NCBI GenBank assembly: GCA_964653655.1
Contig: CAZZHG010000005.1
Coordinates: 2,631-66,630, forward strand
Length of the DNA stretch: 64,000 nt
Source: an uncultured Pseudobdellovibrionaceae bacterium
GTDB lineage: Bacteria > Bdellovibrionota > FAC87 > UBA2466
Direction of reading: 5' to 3'
The notes under the pieces were generated by a model, which saw only the letters and a program-made list of their open reading frames with translations, ran no database searches and was not told the origin of the DNA. Positions 9,335-17,429 of this stretch are shown here, one piece after another. The position numbers were made by a program, and so were the translations under genes. Positions within the stretch are counted from its first letter, which is position 1, and each line of letters starts with the position of its first letter.

Positions 9335-9721
9335 ATGAAACGCCCTCATAGCCAGACCGCTGAACTTCTTCGAAACATTGGTGAAACGGACACCACCCGC
9401 CGCGACTTTCTCGTGAAGTCGCTGCTCGCTCTCACGGGCGTTTCCATCAGCCTGATGGGCTGCGGCAAAAGCTCCGCGAGCAACACGTCGGCCGCGGGGG
9501 ATTTCGGTTCCGTCTCCGCCAATCACGGTCACGAGGCTTTCATCAGCACGGCCCAGCTCTCCGCGGGCGACTCGCTGATTCTCGACATCACCGGCGACTC
9601 CGACCATCCGCACACGGTCACCCTTAGCGCCGGTCAGGTGCAATCGATCGCAAACGGAGCGCGGGTAAGTGCTCTGTCGACGAATGACGCCGGTCACACC
9701 CACATCGTCACCTTCAACTAA
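9335..9721 (+). CDS. Tat-signal lipoprotein with His-rich motifs; possible metal-binding periplasmic protein.
   Basis: Twin-arginine motif TRRDFLVKS followed by a hydrophobic segment and the lipobox LMGC. The mature part carries HGHEAF, HPHTV and HTHIV motifs. Confidence 0.55.
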   Translation: MKRPHSQTAELLRNIGETDTTRRDFLVKSLLALTGVSISLMGCGKSSASNTSAAGDFGSVSANHGHEAFISTAQLSAGDSLILDITGDSDHPHTVTLSAGQVQSIANGARVSALSTNDAGHTHIVTFN

Positions 9722-9733
9722 AGGAGCCATGCC

Positions 9734-9937
9734 ATGCCTAAGCGCGAAAGAGATCAGGATGTTTCGATAGAGATTTGCCTACTGATGGGACTTTTTCTTG
9801 GAGCGATGTTGATGGGGCTCGGCGCGGCGTCCATGTGGGCCGCGAAAAACGGCGACGCGGGCCTCGGGCGTCGGCTGGCGGCCGAGTTCCAGCTGGTACG
9901 CGAAGGCGAAGCGAAGGTTTCCGGGGTCCGCCGATAA
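9734..9937 (+). CDS. Small single-pass membrane protein (67 aa), hypothetical.
   Basis: An AAGGAG RBS sits 7 nt upstream. There is one hydrophobic helix, LLMGLFLGAMLMGLGAASMWAA. Confidence 0.4.
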   Translation: MPKRERDQDVSIEICLLMGLFLGAMLMGLGAASMWAAKNGDAGLGRRLAAEFQLVREGEAKVSGVRR

Positions 9938-10050
9938 AGTTTGTTCTCCGTCCCGAAAGCAAGGGGCGTGCTCTACCAAACGCGCCGGTAGGGTACGCCC
10001 CTTCGCTTTTTCGCTTGGCATGGCCCCCGCACTCTGCGAAGAGTGGGGCC

Positions 10051-10347
10051 ATGCGGGTGTTGCACATTTTGGCATTCTTGGCTTTGGTCAGCTTTCCGGC
10101 CTTCGCGGGGGATTGCGACGGGACGGCCGATGTCGTGTTCCTAGTCCACTTCCGCGACCCTCAGTCGATTATTTACTTTAACGGCTACCTGCCCTCGATC
10201 ACCGGCGCGACCCGCCGGTTCACTTCGAAAAACCTCGTCAAGTGTAAGCTTCACGAGTTCGAGATCTCCGTCCACTCTCCCCGCTACGGAAACCGCGCTT
10301 TCGTAATGCCGGTCTGGGCCGGCGAGAGCTACGAACTCACTTTGTAA
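10051..10347 (+). CDS. Small secreted protein (about 98 aa), hypothetical.
   Basis: Internal start of the listed 9775..10347 ORF. MRVLHILAFLALVSFPAFAGDCDG is a clean signal peptide, whereas the upstream part of the ORF is Arg/Gly-rich low-complexity. Confidence 0.55.
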   Translation: MRVLHILAFLALVSFPAFAGDCDGTADVVFLVHFRDPQSIIYFNGYLPSITGATRRFTSKNLVKCKLHEFEISVHSPRYGNRAFVMPVWAGESYELTL

Positions 10348-10476
10348 ATTTTGATTCCGTCCAGCCGCGACCGCCGTACGCGGCCCTCTCTTTGCAGGCA
10401 CTCGCTCCGAAATCCGTTCTTCGTCCGATTGAGGGTTTCATCGTGAGAGAGAACGGAGCAACCCACGGAGTAATCT

Positions 10477-10992
10477 ATGTTCAAACTGCATCTGGCACTG
10501 GCAACACTGTTTCTTTCCGCGACAATGGCGAACGCGTTCCCGCTTTGGGATCAACCGATCTCGAACCCGGCCCCCGTTCCGGCGCAATGCACGGATTTCT
10601 CGGGCAAGTTCATCGGTGGTTGCGATATCGACGGAAACCGCGTGGAAGAGACGATGGAAGTAAAGCAAAGCGGTTGTGAAACGATCACGATCGCGGGCAA
10701 AACGATTTCCATCGGCGGTCTCTTCACGACGACGTCGGCCTCTGCCGCCTCGAAGACCGAGCTGGGTAAGGCGGAAGCCTGCACCATGACGCTCGTGTGG
10801 GACGCGAAGAAGGAGCACCTGCTCTTTCACGGCGGCAAGATGATCCAGAAGGTCGGAGCCGTTCAGGAAAAAGGCGAAATCAGAACGCTCGACGGCAGCT
10901 TGAAGCTGCAAGCGGATAAGCTGTCTCTCGTGCTGAACGAGTCCGGCGCCGCGGTTCGCAAAGTAGCGAGCTGTGAATATACCCGGCAGTAA
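10477..10992 (+). CDS. Secreted hypothetical protein.
   Basis: Signal peptide MFKLHLALATLFLSATMANA. The remainder has ordinary composition with several Cys. Confidence 0.6.
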   Translation: MFKLHLALATLFLSATMANAFPLWDQPISNPAPVPAQCTDFSGKFIGGCDIDGNRVEETMEVKQSGCETITIAGKTISIGGLFTTTSASAASKTELGKAEACTMTLVWDAKKEHLLFHGGKMIQKVGAVQEKGEIRTLDGSLKLQADKLSLVLNESGAAVRKVASCEYTRQ

Positions 10993-11092
10993 GATGCCAG
11001 GTCGGGCGCCCGTTTCCTTTCACCCAAGAGGAAGCGGGCGCTCTCTTTTTCTCCCCGTTGTCCGGCGAACCGATCCACCTTATATAGAGGGG

Positions 11093-11452
11093 ATGACGAA
11101 GGACACGGACGATCTCGTCGCGGGCATCCGCCGGCATCAGGCCGCGCAGGAAAAAACTTACCGCGCCCGCGCGCTCGGGATGTACCCGCACATCTGCGGC
11201 CGTTGCGCGCGTGAGTTCAGCGGCAAGCGTTTGAAGGAGCTCACCGTCCACCACCGCGATCACAACCACGACAACAACCCGCCCGATGGCAGTAACTGGG
11301 AACTGCTCTGCATCTATTGCCATGAGAACGAGCACGCCCGGAACGCGGTCGCCGACGCCTATACGGGCGAGAACGACGGTGGGATTAAGAAGCCGGAATT
11401 GAAGCATTCCCCGTTCGCGGGACTTGCCGACCTCCTTAACAAGAAGAAGTAA
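11093..11452 (+). CDS. yajD: HNH nuclease, YajD family.
   Basis: The motif YPHICGRCAREFSGKRLKELTVHHRDHNHDNNPPDGSNWELLCIYCHENEHA matches the YajD HNH fold (Cys4 zinc knuckle plus HH/N). Start chosen at MTKD with a GAGGGG RBS, giving about 119 aa. The ORF's upstream in-frame extension is probably not translated. Confidence 0.75.
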   Translation: MTKDTDDLVAGIRRHQAAQEKTYRARALGMYPHICGRCAREFSGKRLKELTVHHRDHNHDNNPPDGSNWELLCIYCHENEHARNAVADAYTGENDGGIKKPELKHSPFAGLADLLNKKK

Positions 11453-11626
11453 GCGCAGCCTAACTAACTGAAATACCTCGACACGTAGTGTTAACAATTG
11501 GCAACAGCTTCTCCGAACTCATAACTTCACGCGTTGACGAGTCGGCCCAAATTGATACGGTGCATTAAATCCACCGGCGCTTCCCGCTTTAACAGGGGCG
11601 GAAAGGGCTTATTGAAGGGGGCTTCA

Positions 11627-13174
11627 ATGAATCGGTTCTCGTTTGTCGTCGTTTCGGCGTTTGCTTCGGCATTGGCGTTCGCGGGCCCGGCTAAGTACCT
11701 CATTTCGGGCGGCGGCTTCTACGCCGGCCATTCCGAGGTGGTACTCGAGAAGAACGTGGAGCTCTTTCACGAAACCTCCGGCTGGTTCAAGATTCCGGCC
11801 GGCAACATCGTGACCCTCTTCGCCGCCGGTAACGATACCGCGCAGGACGACATTTCCGAGATCGACCCGAACTTCGGGGACGACGAGAAGCTCTTCTCGC
11901 ACCTCTTCGCCGACTCCAACAGCCCCGAGTTGATGCTTCGCCACAACAAGCTGCAGGGCCTCGCCGGCGGATCGAACGGTCCCGAGCTCACGGCTCAGCT
12001 GAAGGCGGCCGCCGCCAGCACGAGCGTGACGACTCCTTTTCGTTTTTACTACACGGGCCACGGAGCCCCGACCCAAGGGTTCTTTCCTCCGCCCGCAAAT
12101 CCAGCGGCCGGCGTGATCGTGCCGATCGGCTCGGTTCCGAACAGCTACATGGTGAAGTACCGCGACAATTATCTCGCGCTGTGGAACCAGACGAAGATGA
12201 CGGCGCCCGAGTACACGACGCTGCTCGATACTTTCACCGCCGATACTCCGATTCAGACCGTGATGGTTCAGTGCTATTCGGGCGGTTTCGCCCAGTTGAA
12301 TTTCGAAAAGGGTGACGCCGGCGGAAATCTCTCTAAAGCGAACCGTTGCGGTTTCTTTGCGACGGTTCCTTCGCGGGTCGCGGCCGGTTGCTCGGCCGAT
12401 ATCAATGCCCGTGAAGAGTACAGCCCCTACTTCCTCGCCGCGGTTCGCGGAAAGACGGAAAAGGGCGTGGCCGTGAACGCCGATTACGATGGTAACGGCA
12501 CGGTTACTTCGGATGAAGGACATGCGTTCGTGGTTCTCCACGAGAACGCCATCGACGTTCCGATTTCCACCTCCAGCCAGATGCTGCGGGAGAAGATCGA
12601 AAGCATTCCGATGGTCGGCGCGATGGCTCCGTATAGCTGGTTTGAAAAGCGCATGGACAAGGTCGAGAAGGCGATTGCCGACGGCCTGGCGCGCGAGCTG
12701 GGGATTGATTTGACGACGGCGAGCCCGAGCCCGATCGCCGCCATCCGGCAGAAGATCACCGAGACGAACAAGGCCTGGGGCGAGGCGAAGAACTTGTCCG
12801 GTACGGCCTCGCAAGTGGTGTCGAAGATTCTCACTCCGATTGCCCGCGAGCTTCGTCCGGATCACCCGGTCTTCCAGATCGAGTACCCGGCTCGTGACGA
12901 GAAGGATCCCGTGGTGCTGAAGGCCGTCGCGGAAGCGCGTGCGGCTTTGAAAGCTCACAAGGGCTTCGCGCAGGCTTTCGCCGCGTACAAGGCGTTGCTC
13001 AAGTCGTATGAAGATGCGACGGCGGTTCAGCACACGATGGCGAAGTGGGAGCGTCTTGGTTACCTGCTCGAGACGAAGACGCTGGAGTATGCGCTCGAAG
13101 CTCAGAACAATGCTGAGTGGACGCAGAAGTACCAGCAGCTCAAGACCTGCGAGCACCAGACGTTCTTTCAGTAG
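11627..13174 (+). CDS. Secreted protein with a caspase/legumain-like (clan CD) His-Cys dyad; putative cysteine peptidase.
   Basis: Signal peptide MNRFSFVVVSAFASALAFAGPA. A hydrophobic strand followed by HG (RFYYTGHGAP), and roughly 65 aa later a hydrophobic strand followed by QC (TVMVQCYSGGF). This spacing and context is typical of clan CD peptidases. The assignment is by motif only. Confidence 0.45.
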   Translation: MNRFSFVVVSAFASALAFAGPAKYLISGGGFYAGHSEVVLEKNVELFHETSGWFKIPAGNIVTLFAAGNDTAQDDISEIDPNFGDDEKLFSHLFADSNSPELMLRHNKLQGLAGGSNGPELTAQLKAAAASTSVTTPFRFYYTGHGAPTQGFFPPPANPAAGVIVPIGSVPNSYMVKYRDNYLALWNQTKMTAPEYTTLLDTFTADTPIQTVMVQCYSGGFAQLNFEKGDAGGNLSKANRCGFFATVPSRVAAGCSADINAREEYSPYFLAAVRGKTEKGVAVNADYDGNGTVTSDEGHAFVVLHENAIDVPISTSSQMLREKIESIPMVGAMAPYSWFEKRMDKVEKAIADGLARELGIDLTTASPSPIAAIRQKITETNKAWGEAKNLSGTASQVVSKILTPIARELRPDHPVFQIEYPARDEKDPVVLKAVAEARAALKAHKGFAQAFAAYKALLKSYEDATAVQHTMAKWERLGYLLETKTLEYALEAQNNAEWTQKYQQLKTCEHQTFFQ

Positions 13175-13186
13175 GGGACAAAATAA

Positions 13187-13897
13187 ATGAAGTTTGGCTT
13201 CGCTGTATTGCTATTAGCTGCGTCGTGTTTTGCCTCGGACATTCCGAAGTCCGAGTTGAGCAACATGTACACCGGTACGTGGCGGCTACCGTCTCAGTTC
13301 ACGGATGCCAGGCTCGTGAAGTTGCTGAACCTCTTCAATGCGAAGGTCTACGGAAAAGGTTTTCGTTATATCGGTGAGGCGGGTGATTTCTTTCACGGAC
13401 ACATCCTGGTGGAAGGCATCGGCAAAGGTCCGGATAAGATCCTGCGGCCGAGAGCCATCCTGTATCACACGCAGGAGGAGGCCTATAAGGCCCACTGGGA
13501 GCCGACTCCTGCCCTGACGAAGTACGACTATCTCGACGTCACCACGCGCAACTGGATTCAGTGGCTAAGTGACGATCCCGCTCAGGACGGCGTCGATATT
13601 CGGAACGCTCGTGAGTATGTGGATGCGAAGAAGAAGGACCCATCGGTGTTCTTTGGGGACCATCCGGCTCCGGTGTTCAAGGAGCATTACACGATTCATG
13701 GGAGCAAGCTCGACGACTCGAAGCTTGGCTTCAATCTCGATGGTGAATCGGAGTTCGAGTTCTACGCCGACTGCAACACTTCTCCCGAGAACGAGTACGA
13801 CCACCGCCATGGGCCGTATGACGTAGTCGTGCCGGGCCAGGGTACTGTGTGCCTCAAGTTCTCGACGGCTTTGGCTGGATATTTCGAGCGCTTTTAA
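13187..13897 (+). CDS. Secreted hypothetical protein, probably co-transcribed with the upstream caspase-like gene.
   Basis: Signal peptide MKFGFAVLLLAASCFA. The gap to the upstream gene is 12 bp. Confidence 0.6.
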   Translation: MKFGFAVLLLAASCFASDIPKSELSNMYTGTWRLPSQFTDARLVKLLNLFNAKVYGKGFRYIGEAGDFFHGHILVEGIGKGPDKILRPRAILYHTQEEAYKAHWEPTPALTKYDYLDVTTRNWIQWLSDDPAQDGVDIRNAREYVDAKKKDPSVFFGDHPAPVFKEHYTIHGSKLDDSKLGFNLDGESEFEFYADCNTSPENEYDHRHGPYDVVVPGQGTVCLKFSTALAGYFERF

Positions 13898-13926
13898 AAG
13901 GAAAAATTTGCGGGGATAAACATCGG

Positions 13927-13961
13927 AAAGCCGAAGGGGCAGTGCCCCTTCGGCTTTTTCC
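13927..13961. terminator. Bidirectional rho-independent terminator.
   Basis: AAAG-CCGAAGGGG-CAGTG-CCCCTTCGG-CTTTTTCC: a perfect 9-10 bp GC-rich stem with a 5-nt loop, flanked by an A-run and a T-run. It lies between convergent genes. Confidence 0.75.
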
Positions 13962-13983
13962 GTTGCTCAGGCAGCGTTAGTCA

Positions 13984-14169
13984 TTACAGGAGCGGGTCGT
14001 TGTTGCTTCTCGTTGGGACGTCTAGGCGCCCAGGATTTTGCGCTTCGCGGTCCGTTTCGATGTCGGAGACACTGCTGTCTCTCTTGCCGGCTCCTTGGCC
14101 GATTTCGGGTTTAGGTTCTGGAACCTTCCCGCTCATCGGCTTTTTTTGGTCTTTTTTTTCGCCCATCAT
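13984..14169 (-). CDS. Small hydrophilic protein (61 aa), hypothetical.
   Basis: A strong RBS, GAAAGGAGG, is followed by ATGATG. The product (MMGEKKDQKKPMSGKVPEPKPE...) is charged and probably disordered. The gene ends at the bidirectional terminator. Confidence 0.45.
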   Translation of the reverse strand: MMGEKKDQKKPMSGKVPEPKPEIGQGAGKRDSSVSDIETDREAQNPGRLDVPTRSNNDPLL

Positions 14170-14355
14170 GGCCTCCTTTCGCTTACTACGTGTTGGTTAC
14201 ACAGGGCCTATAGTGCATGGTGCGTTCCAACTTTCCGTGCGTGCAATTGGCGGCCTGGAGCGGGCGCCTGCGGCGACATGTCTCAATTCGGCAGCGACGA
14301 GCTGGGCCGCTTGGGTTACTTTCCTGAGGAAAGTGAACCAGGGGGTGCATTCGCC

Positions 14356-14652
14356 ATGAGAAAGTCGGCTTGGATATTCGTGCTCGCTGCTTTAGCCGAG
14401 GCCGTCTACTTTTTCTTGGAATACCGGAGCCTCGGTTTCCCGGATGGCCACCTGACTTCGCTCGATCGCATTCGCCAGATCATGTACCCAATCTTCATCG
14501 TGCTGAGCTTGATGTATTGCGTGCACGTTTACCTGATTCAGCAGCACCGCGGATTCTTTCGGATGTTGTTCTGGCTGCTATTCCTGAACGCGCTCTTCTT
14601 CGGCTGGAATCATTATGCGGGGATGTATTTCGAGAATGGGACGGGTGGGTGA
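14356..14652 (+). CDS. Small integral membrane protein (about 98 aa), hypothetical.
   Basis: The internal Met of the listed ORF. Three hydrophobic helices: IFVLAALAEAVYFFL, IMYPIFIVLSLMYCVHVYLI and MLFWLLFLNALFFGW. Confidence 0.5.
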   Translation: MRKSAWIFVLAALAEAVYFFLEYRSLGFPDGHLTSLDRIRQIMYPIFIVLSLMYCVHVYLIQQHRGFFRMLFWLLFLNALFFGWNHYAGMYFENGTGG

Positions 14653-14807
14653 GATTTCCTTTCCCTGAACGCCCACCAGACCTCCCCCAAATAATATAAC
14701 TATTTCAGTTATGTATCGCCTGTTGCTTCCCAAGCGAAAACCCCTGACCCAAGTTGATCAAATTGCCGCATCGTGTTAGTCGTTTGGAACACGGTTTGGG
14801 GGGAGAC

Positions 14808-15080
14808 ATGGGAAAAAAATCTAAGAAGCTCGCGTATTGGCTTGTCGCCGTTTTAGTTACGCCTATGGCGAGGGCGTTTGATATTCCGACACAGTTCCAA
14901 ATCCGGCCAAAGAGAGGTCCTTTCAGCCAAGACAATTGCCATCATTGTCAGTGTGCGCGCCCTGATCGGTATCAAACGCAAAGCTTTGAGTTCCGAGCGG
15001 GAGCTCCGCTGATTCGATCAGGAAACTGGTCCGAGTCGAATGAATCTAAGAAGAAGGGCTTCATCAAAGAAGAGAAATAA
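14808..15080 (+). CDS. Secreted small Cys/His-containing peptide (candidate precursor or signalling peptide).
   Basis: A GGGGGGAGA RBS precedes an ATG at 14808. The Sec signal MGKKSKKLAYWLVAVLVTPMARA/FD has an AxA cleavage site. The roughly 65-aa mature part contains DNCHHCQC. It is the first gene of the low-G+C island. Confidence 0.5.
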   Translation: MGKKSKKLAYWLVAVLVTPMARAFDIPTQFQIRPKRGPFSQDNCHHCQCARPDRYQTQSFEFRAGAPLIRSGNWSESNESKKKGFIKEEK

Positions 15081-15085
15081 TCGGA

Positions 15086-16588
15086 ATGAAGATCCAAAGA
15101 ACGAGGAGATCGATTCTCTTTGCAACGATTGGATCTGTTGTAGTGGGACTCTCAGTGAGTAGTCTGCGAGAAAAACCAATTCAGGAAAAAAGACTGCGAG
15201 CGATCTATCCGATCGGCATGCTCAGGCGAGACGAACGTCTCTTCGACCCCACGAATCTATGGTCAGTTTATCACTACTACCTACAAGAAAATCTCGCCAG
15301 TTGCCTAGTGATCGATTCGACTAAAACCACCTCAGGTTATGAACCAAATCTAGCGACGTCTTGGGAACAAATGAGTCCGACCCAATGGCGCTTCCATATT
15401 GGAAAAGAATTGCGTTGGTCAGATGGTTCGGAGCTTTCTGGCAAACACCTAGAGGAATACTTTCTGGCCCTCTCCCATCGAAACTCGAGACATCTAGTGG
15501 CGCTTAAGTCGCTCGTGACCGCTCAATGGGACGAAGATGCGAGAACTCTAGAATTAGCTTTTTCAAGGCCGACATCACAAACTTTGTTGCACGAGCTTTC
15601 TCTTTCCGATGCCGCTATTCTTCACCCTACGAATGTCGATAGTTCCTGGTCCATCACGTCGGGACGATACTCCGTAAGTCATTTTGATGTCGAAAAGCAG
15701 ACTCTCGAACTGCGGGTAAACACCTATCATCCGAAGTACGAGACAAATTCACCAAACGCCGTGGAGCTATTCCAACCGAAGGAAACCAATTGGAGCCTCG
15801 CGAAAGAAAACGCCGACCTCTGGCTAGTGCCAACCCCTTCATTCTCAGAAGAATTTCGACGACGAGTTACAAGTGCCCCAGCTAGGATAGAAGGCCCCCC
15901 CACAGTAATCTACTATTTCGAGTTCAATCTTAACCACCGGTTGGGAAAATCTACAGAAGCCCGAGTCGAATTTGCTTCAGCGATTCACGAGTTCTTCGAC
16001 AAAGCTGTTCCAAAAATGCCGGAAGCGACTCCGGACCGCCAATTCGCTGCACCCGGCTACCCATCGAGACTTCAAAACTCTGCAGTACAAGAAATCGAAC
16101 CGAAAGCACCTATTTCCATTCTGAGTGGAGAGACGATATCGATATCGATGTACTACTTCGGCGAGGAATACACGTGGCTTTCCACTGAATTTGCCTCCTT
16201 CCTAAGAAATAGAGGAGTAAACGCGACACTCTCCTACAATCGCTATAAGAAAAATGAGCCGCAAGATTGGTTTGCACGTGCTTCAATGTTTAGTGGAAAC
16301 CAGAGAGATTCTGTAGGGTCGTGGAGTTTCCTTCTCTCAAATCCGGACATCGATGTCGGGAGAAAATACCCTGATCTAACCGCCGATCTTAAGAAGGCCT
16401 CGGAAACGTCAGTCGCTTCAGAGAGAGAAAGCATTCTTCAGAGAATTCACTCCCGATTCATTGAACGTGCTCTAGTTGTGCCCTTCCTTCTTGAACGACG
16501 TTACGCAATACACTCTGAAAGGATCTCCCTAGAGCATTGGAACGAATTTGATCTGCGTTCACGTTTCTATGACATTACATGGAAATGA
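15086..16588 (+). CDS. Periplasmic solute-binding protein, family 5 (peptide/nickel-type SBP), Tat-exported.
   Basis: N-terminal TRRSILF Tat-like motif followed by a hydrophobic segment. The segment LATSWEQMSPTQWRFHIGKELRWSDGSELSGKHLEEYF matches the conserved SBP_bac_5 core (L.ESWE....T..F.LRKGV.F.DG..F.A.DV). Length 500 aa. Confidence 0.65.
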   Translation: MKIQRTRRSILFATIGSVVVGLSVSSLREKPIQEKRLRAIYPIGMLRRDERLFDPTNLWSVYHYYLQENLASCLVIDSTKTTSGYEPNLATSWEQMSPTQWRFHIGKELRWSDGSELSGKHLEEYFLALSHRNSRHLVALKSLVTAQWDEDARTLELAFSRPTSQTLLHELSLSDAAILHPTNVDSSWSITSGRYSVSHFDVEKQTLELRVNTYHPKYETNSPNAVELFQPKETNWSLAKENADLWLVPTPSFSEEFRRRVTSAPARIEGPPTVIYYFEFNLNHRLGKSTEARVEFASAIHEFFDKAVPKMPEATPDRQFAAPGYPSRLQNSAVQEIEPKAPISILSGETISISMYYFGEEYTWLSTEFASFLRNRGVNATLSYNRYKKNEPQDWFARASMFSGNQRDSVGSWSFLLSNPDIDVGRKYPDLTADLKKASETSVASERESILQRIHSRFIERALVVPFLLERRYAIHSERISLEHWNEFDLRSRFYDITWK

Positions 16589-16598
16589 AAGTGCCGCC

Positions 16599-17429
16599 AT
16601 GAAGACTTTCACAACCAGGTACGTTGCAACCTATGGCCACCTTTCCATCGGCAGCAAATGTACTCTGCAGCTAGACACCGGGGGTGCGGCAATCGGTTAT
16701 GGAGTTGGAACGACTCTCAGAACTGCGTCCAGAAGAGCCTTCTCTGAAGCTTGGGAAAGACACGTCATGAGTAACATGGCGTGTTTTGATCAGTCGATTA
16801 CCTCATCGAACGGATTCGCTGCGCATTGGTCGAAGGAAACGGCCCTAAGAAACAGTCTAGAAGAGTTGGTTGAACGCCGGATGGTGCTGCGAGCGTGGTC
16901 AACGGGTAGAGGATGGAACAGATCTGGTACGCTCGATTTGTGTGCCCGAGCGATTGTTTGGAAGGCCGAAGCCCAACACTGGAGAATTAACTGGTATCAG
17001 ATTCAAGTACCCGCCCAAAATCACCGCGTTCTCGTCCTGTTGGCCAGACACAAGACTCTTGGCGCATACTTCGATTCCGCCTCGAACGCACCCGGCTCCG
17101 CGCGAAAGCTCGCGCAAGGATTAGATCTATATCTGAACCGTATCGAGCGTTCCCCTTCTTTAGCGGAGCTTCCCGACTTTGCCACACCTGCCTCTCACCT
17201 GGCCTTCTATCGCAATCCCAGCAATCTTCAGGCCTTTGATTTCCTCGAAAACACATCTTCATGTGAAACACTCCCCGATGAGAGAACGAAATCACCCCCA
17301 CAGCAGAGCATCGTAAGCAACTCTCCTGGAATGCCGTATGTCGCCCGTTCGTGGAATAATGACTGGCCCCAACTGAGTTGGGGCGCGAAGAGCGGAGGAG
17401 CGAACTCGTGGCCTCACCCCCTGGCATAG
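16599..17429 (+). CDS. YcaO-superfamily protein, unusually short (about 277 aa).
   Basis: GYGVGTTLRTASRRAFSEAWERH matches the YcaO ATP-binding signature G(K)GxTxxxAxxSAxxEAxER. The start at MKTF lies immediately after the SBP stop. The alternative listed start at 16548 overlaps the SBP gene. Confidence 0.6.
   Translation: MKTFTTRYVATYGHLSIGSKCTLQLDTGGAAIGYGVGTTLRTASRRAFSEAWERHVMSNMACFDQSITSSNGFAAHWSKETALRNSLEELVERRMVLRAWSTGRGWNRSGTLDLCARAIVWKAEAQHWRINWYQIQVPAQNHRVLVLLARHKTLGAYFDSASNAPGSARKLAQGLDLYLNRIERSPSLAELPDFATPASHLAFYRNPSNLQAFDFLENTSSCETLPDERTKSPPQQSIVSNSPGMPYVARSWNNDWPQLSWGAKSGGANSWPHPLA

Noticed and set aside
9775-10347. Full-length 190-aa ORF.
   Set aside because: The N-terminal about 90 aa is Arg/Gly-rich with no RBS. 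An internal Met at 10051 gives a clean signal peptide, so only 10051..10347 is called.
11624-13156. 510-aa minus-strand ORF.
   Set aside because: Arg-rich product antisense to the secreted clan CD-like gene, with no motifs. High-GC antisense artefact.
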